NCBI RefSeq assembly: GCF_963921235.1
Contig: NC_086101.1
Span: forward strand, 8,930,001 to 8,994,000
Direction: 5' to 3'
From: Mobula hypostoma
Lineage: Eukaryota
DNA: 64,000 nt
Shown here one piece after another: positions 63,640 through 64,000 of the stretch. The notes below the pieces were generated by a model. That model was given only the letters and a program-made list of their open reading frames with translations, had not been told where the DNA came from and did not search any database. Made by a program: the position numbers and the translations under genes. Position 1 is the first letter of the stretch. Every line of letters starts with the position of its first letter.

Positions 63640-64000
63640 ATAGATAAAGGGGATGCAGTGGATGTTGGACTTTCAGAAAGCCTTTGACAAGGTGTCACAC
63701 ATGAGGCTGCTTACCAAGTAAGAGCCCATGGTATTACAGGAAAGTTTCTAACATGGTGAGAGCATTGGCCAATTGGTAGGAGGCATCAAGAGAGAATAAA
63801 TGGATCCTTTTCTGGTTAGGCGTCAGTGACTAGTGGTGTTCCACAGGGGTCGGTGTTAGGGCCCCTTCTTTTTATGCTAAATATAAATGATTTAGATGAT
63901 GGAATAGATGGCTTTGTTGCGAAGTTTGCAGATTAGATGACGATTGGTGGAGGGGCAGGTAGTGTTGAGGAAACAGGTAGGATACAGTAGGATAGACAGA
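63640..64000 (+). mobile_element. CR1 RT fragment running off the window end
   Basis: Matches 28950-29310 ([23 protein letters not shown]). Confidence 0.85.

Noticed and set aside
1..64000. Numerous 60-120 aa ORFs and an apparent minus-strand bias of long LINEs
   Set aside because: The ORFs are mostly antisense shadows of TE reading frames with non-ATG starts. The strand bias rests on few elements with many plus-strand exceptions.

Overview
This window is vertebrate genomic DNA, most likely from a cartilaginous fish (ray/skate). That assignment is inferred from the repeat families and the TRIM exon style, not proven. Most of the window is decayed transposable elements: CR1 LINEs (four near full-length copies with zinc-finger plus SGNH-esterase ORF1 and APE-RT ORF2), Rex1/Babar-type LINEs, Penelope-like elements (RT plus GIY-YIG, with minimal hammerhead-ribozyme motifs in their pseudo-LTRs), an RTE fragment, hAT transposons and a MITE, a solo LTR, an LTR-like element with minisatellites, and tRNA-derived SINEs. 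The only recognisable host gene is the 3' part of a minus-strand TRIM/B30.2 (PRY-SPRY) gene: three exons with canonical splice sites and three in-frame TAG stops in the last exon. Most notable: (1) two 4.4-kb CR1 copies in head-to-head inverted orientation around that exon, sharing lesions and a ~495-bp identical tract; (2) many hammerhead-ribozyme-like motifs; (3) a phase-compatible chain of candidate upstream exons that could give the PRY-SPRY domain a non-TRIM N-terminus; (4) a five-layer nested TE stack. No prokaryotic systems, CRISPR arrays, rRNA or true tRNA genes were seen. Most short ORFs in the track are antisense or shadow ORFs of TEs. All alignments were done by eye and boundaries are approximate unless a TSD is given.
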